Source: Bacteroidetes bacterium CG12_big_fil_rev_8_21_14_0_65_60_17 (lineage in GTDB: Bacteria > Bacteroidota > Rhodothermia > Rhodothermales > UBA10348). Taken from it: DNA of 64,000 nucleotides. Each line of letters opens with the position of its first letter. Positions within the stretch are counted from its first letter, which is position 1. The stretch covers positions 7,323 to 71,322 of the forward strand of contig PCUY01000062.1 in the NCBI GenBank assembly GCA_002787815.1, written 5' to 3'. The notes beneath the pieces were generated by a model that did not search any database, was not told the origin of the DNA, and saw nothing but the letters and a program-made list of their open reading frames with translations. This document shows positions 9,940-18,031 of the stretch, piece after piece. A program made the position numbers and the translations under genes.

Positions 9940-11091
9940 ATGAAAACGGGGTTTAACCGGATCGTGATCGCATGTGCTGTCCTGGTGGCAGTCGCTTTGC
10001 TGCCGCAGGCGGCAGCAGGCCAGGCGGGCACCTCCGCCGTTGTATTTTTGAAAATCGAGCCGGATAGCCGTGCGGCCGGGATGGGTAACGCCGGGGTTGC
10101 ACTCGCGGACAATGCCAGTGCCATTTTCTGGAATCCGGCCGGACTGGCGTTCCAGACCGGTACGGAAGCGGCCATTACGCACTCGAACTGGCTGCCGGAG
10201 TTCAATGCAGGACTCTTTTACGAGTATCTGACGGCAAAACACCACGTTCCGGGAGTCGGTACGTTCGGTGGACACCTGACGTATCTGTTCCTGGGTGAAC
10301 ATGACGGCCGGGATGACCAGAACAATCCTACAGGCACGTTCCGGTCCTACGACCTGGCGACGGGCCTTTCCTATGGCGTGAAGGTCACCGAGCGCTTCGG
10401 TATCGGTACGAGTCTCCGCTTCATTTACTCCAACCTGGCGCCGGGCCAGACCATTGGCGCGGAGCAGACCAAGGCAGGGGTTGCGACAGCATTTGACCTG
10501 GCCGGTCTCTACCGGAGTGGTCAGTTCGGTCTCGGCGGTGAGGCGAAGGGAACCCTTTCACTCGGTTTCAACTTGGCCAACATGGGGTCGAAGATCAGCT
10601 ACTCGGACAATGCACAGGCCGATCCCATCCCAACCAACCTGCGGTTGGGCTATGCTTTCAAGGTCGACTTCGATGAGTTCAATTCCCTGACGTGGGTGAC
10701 CGACTTCAACAAGGACATGATTTCGTTCTCGGGCGAAGGTGCAGACCGCGAGGCAGATCCGTTCTATGAGGCCATTTTCTCCTCCTGGAAGTCGGTCAAG
10801 GTCCAGACCAATTCGCTGTCCGAGGACGAGGCCGAGTTCAGGAATCTCTCCGTGCTGGATCAGATGACGATTGGCACCGGTATCGAGTACTGGTACAACA
10901 GCCAGTTTGCACTGCGTTCCGGATATTTCTACGAAAACCCGAACAACGGCAACCGCAAGTTCCTGACATTGGGTGCTGGCGTCCGTGTGAATATTATCGG
11001 TGTTGACTTTTCCTATATCTATGCTCTTGAAGAGGACTCACCGCTGTCCAACACAATGCGGTTCTCGTTGTTGGTCGACTTCAAGAAATAG
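9940..11091 (+). CDS. porV: Type IX secretion system outer-membrane shuttle PorV
   Basis: FLKIEPDSRAAGMGNAGVA, AIFWNPAGLAF, RFIYSNL, NMGSKISY, PTNLRLG, GIEYWY, LRSGYFYE, GNRKFLTLGAG, PLSNTMRFSL. Confidence 0.93.
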   Translation: MKTGFNRIVIACAVLVAVALLPQAAAGQAGTSAVVFLKIEPDSRAAGMGNAGVALADNASAIFWNPAGLAFQTGTEAAITHSNWLPEFNAGLFYEYLTAKHHVPGVGTFGGHLTYLFLGEHDGRDDQNNPTGTFRSYDLATGLSYGVKVTERFGIGTSLRFIYSNLAPGQTIGAEQTKAGVATAFDLAGLYRSGQFGLGGEAKGTLSLGFNLANMGSKISYSDNAQADPIPTNLRLGYAFKVDFDEFNSLTWVTDFNKDMISFSGEGADREADPFYEAIFSSWKSVKVQTNSLSEDEAEFRNLSVLDQMTIGTGIEYWYNSQFALRSGYFYENPNNGNRKFLTLGAGVRVNIIGVDFSYIYALEEDSPLSNTMRFSLLVDFKK

Positions 11092-11094
11092 TGC

Positions 11095-11763
11095 ATGAAC
11101 AGCACCCTTGTTTCTGGTATGGGGCTGGTCATGATAGCCGTAGGGGTGGGGTTTCTGTACTTGCTCTTCCGGGACAATGAGGCCCGATGGCCGCGCGATA
11201 CAATGGAATGGGTCGGGACCGTGTTGTCGGTCCTGCTGATCGTGTTTGCCATTGCACTGATCGTCCTCTCCAGGCAGCAGGCGGCGGCGGATGAGATGCA
11301 GCGCGAAGTTGCGGCGACGGCGTCGGCATTCCAGGATGTACAACTCGAGGTACCGGCTGAAAATTTCCCATTCCAGCTACTGGACACGGGCGAGGCGCGC
11401 GACGTGGCATCCTATCGCGGTCAGGTCGTGGTGGTGAACTTCTGGGCTACCTGGTGTGCACCCTGTCTCGAGGAGCTGCCGGCACTGAACCGACTACAGG
11501 CATCATACGCGGACCAGGGACTGCGGGTCATTGCCATTTCAGATGAAGATCCGGCCGAGCTGATGGCCTTCAGGCGACGCGTTCCGCTCGACGTCGACAC
11601 GGCATTCATGCCGTTTGGCACCGATTTGCCAACACCATTCACAGGGGCCTTCGATGTGCGTCCCACGTCGTACATCATAGACCGTGACGGGGTCGTGCGG
11701 CGGTATCTGCTCGGAAATCGGAACTATGGCTTCTTCGAAAAGGCCATCACTCCCTATCTCTGA
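11095..11763 (+). CDS. TlpA/ResA-like thiol-disulfide oxidoreductase with N-terminal membrane anchors
   Basis: VVVNFWATWCAPCLEELPAL, PTSYIIDRDG. Confidence 0.9.
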   Translation: MNSTLVSGMGLVMIAVGVGFLYLLFRDNEARWPRDTMEWVGTVLSVLLIVFAIALIVLSRQQAAADEMQREVAATASAFQDVQLEVPAENFPFQLLDTGEARDVASYRGQVVVVNFWATWCAPCLEELPALNRLQASYADQGLRVIAISDEDPAELMAFRRRVPLDVDTAFMPFGTDLPTPFTGAFDVRPTSYIIDRDGVVRRYLLGNRNYGFFEKAITPYL

Positions 11764-11768
11764 CGCAT

Positions 11769-13106
11769 ATGTTCTCCTGGAACCCCGTTCTGGCCAGTAC
11801 GCTGCTTCTGCTTGGAGTGGTGTCCTGGGTAGCCGGGTGGAGGCACCTCGGAGCCGTCGGCGCCGTATCTGCGGAAACCGTGCGTCGATGGGTGCAGGTC
11901 GGGGCTGCCCTGTCAGTTGTCCTGGCCGTGCATGTTGTACCACGCGCTGGAATGCTCTACGTGGCAGCTACGCTTGTACCGCTGGTGTCGTTCTACGTGA
12001 CTACCCGGCTTGGGGGACAACATAGGTGGACGTGGCTCATGGGCGCTGTTCCGGGATCGCTTGCACTGTTGGTATTGTTGCCGTTCTGTTGGGAGTACAC
12101 GGGTGACGGGGGGTGGATACCGGGTGTGACGGGAGCCGGTAGTGCGGTCGAGACGTTCCTGCTCAGACGTGCTGTGGGAATACCTGATGGAGCTGGTATG
12201 TATGCGCTGCAGGCCGCGTTCCTGCTGGTGGCGGTCGCAGATCCCATGGCTACCATGGTGGGGCGTCACCGCGGTACCGCCGAGAAGTCCACATCGGGCA
12301 GTATAGGGTTCTTCCTTGTGGCCTCGGTTCTGCTCCTCTCGCTCAATGGTGTGATCGCGCTGCGGTATGGCCTGACGGATCTGGATGGATCCATGGCCTG
12401 GGCGGGCGTCATTGTCCTGGCCGCTGCCGCTACGTCGGCTGAACGCGTTGTTGCCGGTCGATGGGACGATTTTTCCATTGCCATTGTGACGGCTGCGTCG
12501 GCGCTTCTTTTTGCCATATTTCCCGACAGCTTCGGGGACCTGTTGATGGCTGCCGTGGTGGGCTCCCTCATGGCATGGTTGGGTTTCCGTTATGACATGG
12601 TTACGCGGCGGGGTGCTACGACGGTGGGACTCCTGACAACGTTCGTATGGTGGATCGGAGGATGGCCCATGGTACTTCCCGTGCTGCTGACTGCCCTGGT
12701 GACACGGGGACGTACGGCTGTTGATCTGCTCTCACTTCACGTCGTTGCCTGGACATCTGCGACGGGTATCGCCTTCTCCGGTGTTGCCAACACGCCCGGT
12801 GTACTCTTTTTCAGTGCTACGCTCGTCTCATCCTGTGCCGCGGCGGCCGCATCCACCAGGCATTCGGTGCCGCAACAGGCATTTCTGGCGGGAATGATTG
12901 TCGCGTCGTCCTGGTGGATGCTTCCTACCGGTGTCGGTCCGGTTGCCATGTTGGTGTTGGTTGTGTCGGGCACGCTCGGAGCACAGGTGGCTGGCGCCCT
13001 GATGCGCCACAGGGGTGAAATGGTGACGATTACAGGCCGGAACTTGATTTGTACTTTTTTCGGCGCGTTCTTGGGGGCGATTCCAGTCCATTTCATCACC
13101 TTCTGA
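11769..13106 (+). CDS. Polytopic membrane protein, divergent phytol/dolichol-kinase-like N-terminal part plus DUF92-like C-terminal part
   Basis: Very hydrophobic; ADPMATMVGR...EKSTSGSIGFF resembles the DxxAxxxG/KSxEGS motif; C-terminal NLICTFFGA. Confidence 0.5.
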   Translation: MFSWNPVLASTLLLLGVVSWVAGWRHLGAVGAVSAETVRRWVQVGAALSVVLAVHVVPRAGMLYVAATLVPLVSFYVTTRLGGQHRWTWLMGAVPGSLALLVLLPFCWEYTGDGGWIPGVTGAGSAVETFLLRRAVGIPDGAGMYALQAAFLLVAVADPMATMVGRHRGTAEKSTSGSIGFFLVASVLLLSLNGVIALRYGLTDLDGSMAWAGVIVLAAAATSAERVVAGRWDDFSIAIVTAASALLFAIFPDSFGDLLMAAVVGSLMAWLGFRYDMVTRRGATTVGLLTTFVWWIGGWPMVLPVLLTALVTRGRTAVDLLSLHVVAWTSATGIAFSGVANTPGVLFFSATLVSSCAAAAASTRHSVPQQAFLAGMIVASSWWMLPTGVGPVAMLVLVVSGTLGAQVAGALMRHRGEMVTITGRNLICTFFGAFLGAIPVHFITF

Positions 13107-13115
13107 TAATTTCCC

Positions 13116-14417
13116 ATGCCCTGGTATAAAAAACTGCATTGGCAGATCATTATTGGTCTGATTCTCGGCCTCGTATTTGGTGTTGTTTCGGCCGTGATGG
13201 GCTGGGGTGCGTTCACGACGGCATGGATTGCTCCGTTCGGGACGATTTTCATCAACCTGCTGAAGCTGATCGCGGTGCCGCTCATCCTGGCATCGCTCAT
13301 CACGGGTGTTACCTCACTGTCCGACCTGAAAAAATTGAGCCGGATTGGTGGGAAGACCATCGCTATTTACATGGGCACGACGGTGATTGCGCTGGTAATT
13401 GGGCTTACCATCGTGAACGTGATGCAGCCGGGCAAGACCGTACCCCCGGAAATGCGCGAGAAGCTGGAAGCGACCTATTCAGGCGATGCATCTGCCCGGA
13501 CGCTCCTGGCCGATGAAGCCAAGCAGCGTGGACCGCTGCAGCCCATCGTTGATATGGTACCGGAGAACATCGTGGGAGCGGCAGGAAGCAATCGGAACAT
13601 GCTCCAGGTGGTTTTTTTCGCCATTTTCGCTGGTATCGGGCTTCTTCTCATTCCAAGAGAGAATGCAGAGCCCATCATTTCGTTTTTCAGCAGTTTGAAT
13701 GACCTGGTCATCAAGCTGGTGGAAATCATCATGATCACGGCGCCCGTAGGTGTTTTCGCCCTGTTGGCCGACACCATATCAAGTATTGCAGGAGACAACA
13801 TTGCGCAGGTACTGGAGCTGCTGGCGGCACTTGGCTACTACATGATTGCCGTCATCCTGGGGTTGTTCCTGCACATGCTGTTCACCTACTCGGGTATGAT
13901 CAAGCTGTTTACTCCGAGGACACTCGGGCAGTTTTACCGGGCCATCGGTCCGGCACAGCTGGTGGCTTTTTCCACGTCATCGAGTGGCGCTACGCTGCCT
14001 GTGACCATGGAACGTTGTGAGAAGGAACTGGGCGTTTCGGAGGAGGTGTCTTCGTTTGTGCTACCGCTTGGCGCGACCATAAATATGGATGGAACGGGGC
14101 TCTACCAGGCTGTTGCGGCTGTGTTCATTGCGCAGACGTTGGGTATGGGACTGGACCTGGCCGCGCAGCTTACGATTGTTTTCACGGCGGTACTGGCGTC
14201 GATCGGTACGGCAGCCGTGCCGAGTGCCGGTATTGTGATGCTGGTCATCATCCTGGAGGCCGTGGGCGTGCCCAGTGCAGGAATTGCGCTTATCCTGGGT
14301 GTGGACCGCATTCTGGATATGCTTCGCACAGTGACCAATGTGACGGGCGATGCAGCCGTGGCGACGGTGGTGGCCGCGAGCGAAAACCAGTTGGGCCCCA
14401 TACAGTCGGCGGCCTGA
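13116..14417 (+). CDS. Dicarboxylate/amino acid:cation symporter (DAACS, GltP-like)
   Basis: AFSTSSSGATLPVT, PLGATINMDGT, GTAAVPSAG, VDRILDMLRTVTNVTGD. Confidence 0.95.
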   Translation: MPWYKKLHWQIIIGLILGLVFGVVSAVMGWGAFTTAWIAPFGTIFINLLKLIAVPLILASLITGVTSLSDLKKLSRIGGKTIAIYMGTTVIALVIGLTIVNVMQPGKTVPPEMREKLEATYSGDASARTLLADEAKQRGPLQPIVDMVPENIVGAAGSNRNMLQVVFFAIFAGIGLLLIPRENAEPIISFFSSLNDLVIKLVEIIMITAPVGVFALLADTISSIAGDNIAQVLELLAALGYYMIAVILGLFLHMLFTYSGMIKLFTPRTLGQFYRAIGPAQLVAFSTSSSGATLPVTMERCEKELGVSEEVSSFVLPLGATINMDGTGLYQAVAAVFIAQTLGMGLDLAAQLTIVFTAVLASIGTAAVPSAGIVMLVIILEAVGVPSAGIALILGVDRILDMLRTVTNVTGDAAVATVVAASENQLGPIQSAA

Positions 14418-14687
14418 CGACGAACCGCGAGTGGCTTTGTTGGTCTCAGTTACCTTATCATTTTGAGACAGGCCAGGAGGAGCGGAGGTGAAATCGCTGT
14501 TTTCAGGCGATCGGAAGGGAGTAACTTATTTTTGGCATAATCTTGGATAAGGCACTGTGCAGTTCATTGCTGTGTTGCTGCCTCTCCGCAGCTTTGTACC
14601 TCCTGGAGAACGGTCGGGCAGGGCCCGCTGAAAGCGGGCCCTGCCGACTCTCCCTCATTCCGGGAGCTGCAAAAAGCGGAAGGATAC

Positions 14688-14732
14688 AAAAAGCCCCGGG
14701 CAACGTCATGTCTCCATGATGCCACACGGGGC
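14688..14732 (-). terminator. Probable intrinsic terminator downstream of tRNA-Arg
   Basis: Minus strand GCCCCG...CGGGGC stem followed by TTTTT. Confidence 0.6.
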
Positions 14733-14735
14733 GAG

Positions 14736-14809
14736 CGCGCTTGGGAGGATTCGAACCCCCGACCTTTGGAACCGGAATCCAACGCTCTATCCAACTGAGC
14801 TACAAGCGC
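14736..14809 (-). tRNA. tRNA-Arg(CCG)
   Basis: Reverse complement GCGCTTGTAGCTCAGTTGGATAGAGCGTTGGATTCCGGTTCCAAAGGTCGGGGGTTCGAATCCTCCCAAGCGCG; cloverleaf, anticodon CCG, CCA not encoded. Confidence 0.96.
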
Positions 14810-14915
14810 GAAGAGAGGCAATATAGCGATGAATGCCCGCAGACGGCAACAGCCGTCCCTGGGTCGGGCCCACATTACAGAAACTTTAATACGCTGTGAG
14901 CCTCCGGCAGCATCC

Positions 14916-15704
14916 ATGACCGACACCGCACTCATACAGCAGTTCAAGGTAGATCCATCCAGAGGGTACGCCGCTCTGCTGGACCACTACACACCCATCA
15001 TTCTGCGCATGATCCGGCGATTCCTCAGCGACCCGGACGAGGTCATGGAGACCTATACCGCCATCTGCGAGCGTCTTCAGAACGAAAATTTCAAAGCACT
15101 CAGAGAGTTCCGCATCAACAGTGAACTTACTCCATGGTTGAGCGTCGTCGTGGCCAATGCATGCCGCGACCGTTTTCGCAAGAATCGGGCAACGTCCACG
15201 CCCCGATCCGTTCTGGACCAGCTCACGGAGCGAGAACAGAAAGTATTCAAGTACTACTATCAGGATCACATTCCCCAGTCGGAAATCCCCGATATCATCC
15301 ACGGCCAGAATCAGCTGACGTGCACCAGTGTGGACGTGAACCAGGCCATTACCAAGATCGACTCGCTGCTGTCTATCAACAAGCGGTGGCACCTTTTGGC
15401 GGCACTGCGCGCGAACAAACCGGCGGTATCGCTGGAAGACCTGGAGGCGGTCGGTCTGTCTCCTGTTTCCGACATGGAGCGACCGGACAACGTAAAAGAC
15501 GACGAAGAGCGGGTGACGAGGCTGAATCTGGCCGTCGAAGAACTGGATCCGGAAGACCAACTCCTCATTCTGCTCCGGTTTGACCACGGAATGCGCGCCG
15601 AACAAATTGCGAAGGTCATGCATTACGAGAACCACAAGTATGTGTATACTCGTCTTCGAACCATCGTGAACCGGCTGCGTCGCTCCATGACTCCCGTGTC
15701 ATAG
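14916..15704 (+). CDS. Sigma-70 family (ECF-like) RNA polymerase sigma factor
   Basis: Region 2 LLDHYTPIILRMIRRF...WLSVVVANACRDRFRK; region 4 LDPEDQLLILLRFDHGMRAEQIAKVM...VYTRLRTIVNRLRR. Confidence 0.85.
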   Translation: MTDTALIQQFKVDPSRGYAALLDHYTPIILRMIRRFLSDPDEVMETYTAICERLQNENFKALREFRINSELTPWLSVVVANACRDRFRKNRATSTPRSVLDQLTEREQKVFKYYYQDHIPQSEIPDIIHGQNQLTCTSVDVNQAITKIDSLLSINKRWHLLAALRANKPAVSLEDLEAVGLSPVSDMERPDNVKDDEERVTRLNLAVEELDPEDQLLILLRFDHGMRAEQIAKVMHYENHKYVYTRLRTIVNRLRRSMTPVS

Positions 15705-15731
15705 GCCAGCCCCAACCCGAGCACAGAACCA

Positions 15732-16685
15732 TTGTTGTCCTTTCCCCTTGACGGACGCCTGGAGCGGGCCGCGCTCAATCCGCTTCTTGCGGCAGTACTG
15801 GGGCTCCTGGTGGCATTCGTCCTGTTCCAGGGCATCAGCACCCTGGTTGCGTTCGGTCTCATTCTGATCTGGCACGCGGTGCCTCTTTCCGAGCTCGTGG
15901 CGGACATGCCTGCGGTGCTTGAAACGCATGCTGCAGACCTGATTGTAGCCAATACGGTGGGCCAGGTGTTTGGTCTTCTCGTTCCATCCATTCTATTTGC
16001 CCGGCTACACAGTTCGGCGTGGCCGGGCATGTTGCGTGTCCGCCGCGCGCCGGTCGTGTTTACCATCGTCTCGGTAGTTGCCCTGCTGGCGCTCATACCT
16101 CTTGTCCAGGCGCTTGGTGCGTGGGCCGATTCGTGGCCGTGGCCGGAATCCATCCGCCACTTTGAGCAGGGTCAGATGGATTTGATTGAGCGTATTCTGT
16201 TACAGGATTTCCCGCTCGTCTTTTCGATTTCCATGCTGGCCTTGACGCCGGCCATCTGTGAGGAATTCCTGTTCCGGGGGTATGTACAGCGCCAGGCCGA
16301 GCGGTCACTGGGTGCATTGCACGGTGTGCTTTTTTCAGGTATCGTATTCGGGCTCTATCACCTGCGGCTGACCCAGGCACTTGCACTCTCGGTGCTTGGT
16401 ATCTACCTGGCCTGGATTACGTGGCGGTCGGGCAGTATTCTGCCGGCGATTTTGGTACACCTCGTGAATAATGCGCTTGCCGCCGTGCTCGGAAAGCTGT
16501 CGGCAGTCGGAGATCTGGAGGTGGACCTGGAAACCTTTCAGGTGCCATGGCCTATAGTTGCGGGAGGGGTGGCTGTATTTGCCCTGCTCGTGATCGTCAT
16601 GAATCGCGTTGCCGGCAGTCCCGTTTCCGAAGACGATGTCCCATCCGACAGGCTGCCTGCGCAGCCGGAGCAGCCGAATGAGTGA
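15732..16685 (+). CDS. CPBP (Abi/CAAX-like) intramembrane metalloprotease
   Basis: PAICEEFLFRGY, FGLYHL, AILVHLVNN. Confidence 0.92.
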   Translation: MLSFPLDGRLERAALNPLLAAVLGLLVAFVLFQGISTLVAFGLILIWHAVPLSELVADMPAVLETHAADLIVANTVGQVFGLLVPSILFARLHSSAWPGMLRVRRAPVVFTIVSVVALLALIPLVQALGAWADSWPWPESIRHFEQGQMDLIERILLQDFPLVFSISMLALTPAICEEFLFRGYVQRQAERSLGALHGVLFSGIVFGLYHLRLTQALALSVLGIYLAWITWRSGSILPAILVHLVNNALAAVLGKLSAVGDLEVDLETFQVPWPIVAGGVAVFALLVIVMNRVAGSPVSEDDVPSDRLPAQPEQPNE

Positions 16686-16977
16686 ACAACGACGACGCGA
16701 TGGTTGGGTATCCGTGTTTTCGACCGGCACGGATTACGAGGCCGAATTGGTTCAGAGCCGTCTGCGCGATGCGGGCATGGAACCTGTCATCCATTCCAAC
16801 CGGGATCATGCGTACAACCTGAACGTCGGGACGATGTCGACGGTGAACGTCATGGTTGCTCCGGACGAGGAGCAGCAGGCACGTGAGCTTCTGGCATCGC
16901 ATCCGTTTTCTGACGAGGAACTGACGAATATGGCCCTTCGATCCGATCCCGACCGCCCTCCCGACAGCACACCGTGA
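16678..16977 (+). CDS. DUF2007-like small protein
   Basis: WVSVFST..YEAELVQSRLRDAGM...VNVMVAPDEEQQARELL; overlaps both neighbours (operonic). Confidence 0.75.
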   Translation: MSEQRRRDGWVSVFSTGTDYEAELVQSRLRDAGMEPVIHSNRDHAYNLNVGTMSTVNVMVAPDEEQQARELLASHPFSDEELTNMALRSDPDRPPDSTP

Positions 16978-17795
16978 TTCCGTCCGGCATGAAGCGTGTG
17001 GCAACGGCCATTCTGGGGGGCGCGGGCATGGTGCTCAGTCTCTGGTTGGGACCCCTCTGGTTCTGGATCGTAGTGATGGCGGTGGCGCTTATTGCCCAAT
17101 ATGAGTTGCTGCACATGCTCCGCCTGCGGGACATGCCTGTGGATTATGTGGTTGCGATCGTAGCCGGGTTCTTCGTCATGCTGCACGTGGTCTGGGCGTA
17201 CTGGTATGCAGGCCTCGGTGTCGTATTCCTGTTTTACATTCTTCAACTGCAGTCCAGGGGAAGCGAGAAAAGACCGATGGAACGCCTGGCGGGTTTTACG
17301 CTGTCACTGCTCTGGCCGGTGGCAGGGCTGTCGTTTCTTGCCGGTATGTATGTGCAGCTTCACGCTGCCAGTGGCCGTCAGGTTGCCTTTCCGTTGATGT
17401 TGGTGCTGCTGCTTCTCGTCTGGGCGTCAGATTCTGGTGCATATTATGCCGGCAGGGCCCTGGGGCGCCACAAACTTGCACCAGCTGTATCACCGGGAAA
17501 GACGTGGGAGGGGGCGGCTGGAGGGCTTGTTGCTGCCCTGGGTATAGCCTGGGCGGCGGTTTCGTATGGTCCGCTTGAGATTCCGATGTACCACGCCTTG
17601 GCTCTCGCGCTGATAGCCGCCACGGTAGGTCCGGTGGGTGACCTGCTCGAGAGCCTGTTCAAGCGCAGTGCCCGGATAAAGGATTCAGGGACCTGGCTTC
17701 CCGGGCATGGCGGATTCCTGGACAGATTCGATGCGCTCATTCTCGTTGCGCCGGCATATTGGATCTACTGGAACGTGATGAATATCATGCCGTAG
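16974..17795 (+). CDS. cdsA: Phosphatidate cytidylyltransferase
   Basis: WASDSGAYYAG, SPGKTWEG, GDLLESLFKRSARIKDSGTWLPGHGGFLDRFD. Confidence 0.95.
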   Translation: MIPSGMKRVATAILGGAGMVLSLWLGPLWFWIVVMAVALIAQYELLHMLRLRDMPVDYVVAIVAGFFVMLHVVWAYWYAGLGVVFLFYILQLQSRGSEKRPMERLAGFTLSLLWPVAGLSFLAGMYVQLHAASGRQVAFPLMLVLLLLVWASDSGAYYAGRALGRHKLAPAVSPGKTWEGAAGGLVAALGIAWAAVSYGPLEIPMYHALALALIAATVGPVGDLLESLFKRSARIKDSGTWLPGHGGFLDRFDALILVAPAYWIYWNVMNIMP

Positions 17796-17824
17796 ACATG
17801 GCTTGAACAGTTTTCAGGTCTGCC

Positions 17825-18031
17825 ATGGGCTTGTTTGGTCCCTCAAAAAGGAGTCGATACCGCCGATTCTCCTATGAACCCCGGTATTATGATCCGGAAC
17901 GGGAAGAACGTCTCTCCCGCCGGATGAACGTCATGTCACGTACGCGTCGTCGTCGCAGCCCGGCGGGAATCATCTATTTCGGCCTGTTGCTTGCATTTGC
18001 CATCTGGATCTATCAGAGTATCAGCGTGTGA
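17825..18031 (+). CDS. Small basic hypothetical protein with C-terminal TM helix
   Basis: RRFSYEPRYYDPEREE plus hydrophobic tail; stop overlaps mutL start (GTGA). Confidence 0.7.
   Translation: MGLFGPSKRSRYRRFSYEPRYYDPEREERLSRRMNVMSRTRRRRSPAGIIYFGLLLAFAIWIYQSISV

Noticed and set aside
14453-14552. SAM-I riboswitch suggested by CCTTATC...GATAAGG pairing
   Set aside because: Core GCAACC and GGTGC-AATTCC elements are missing and there is no downstream gene in that orientation.
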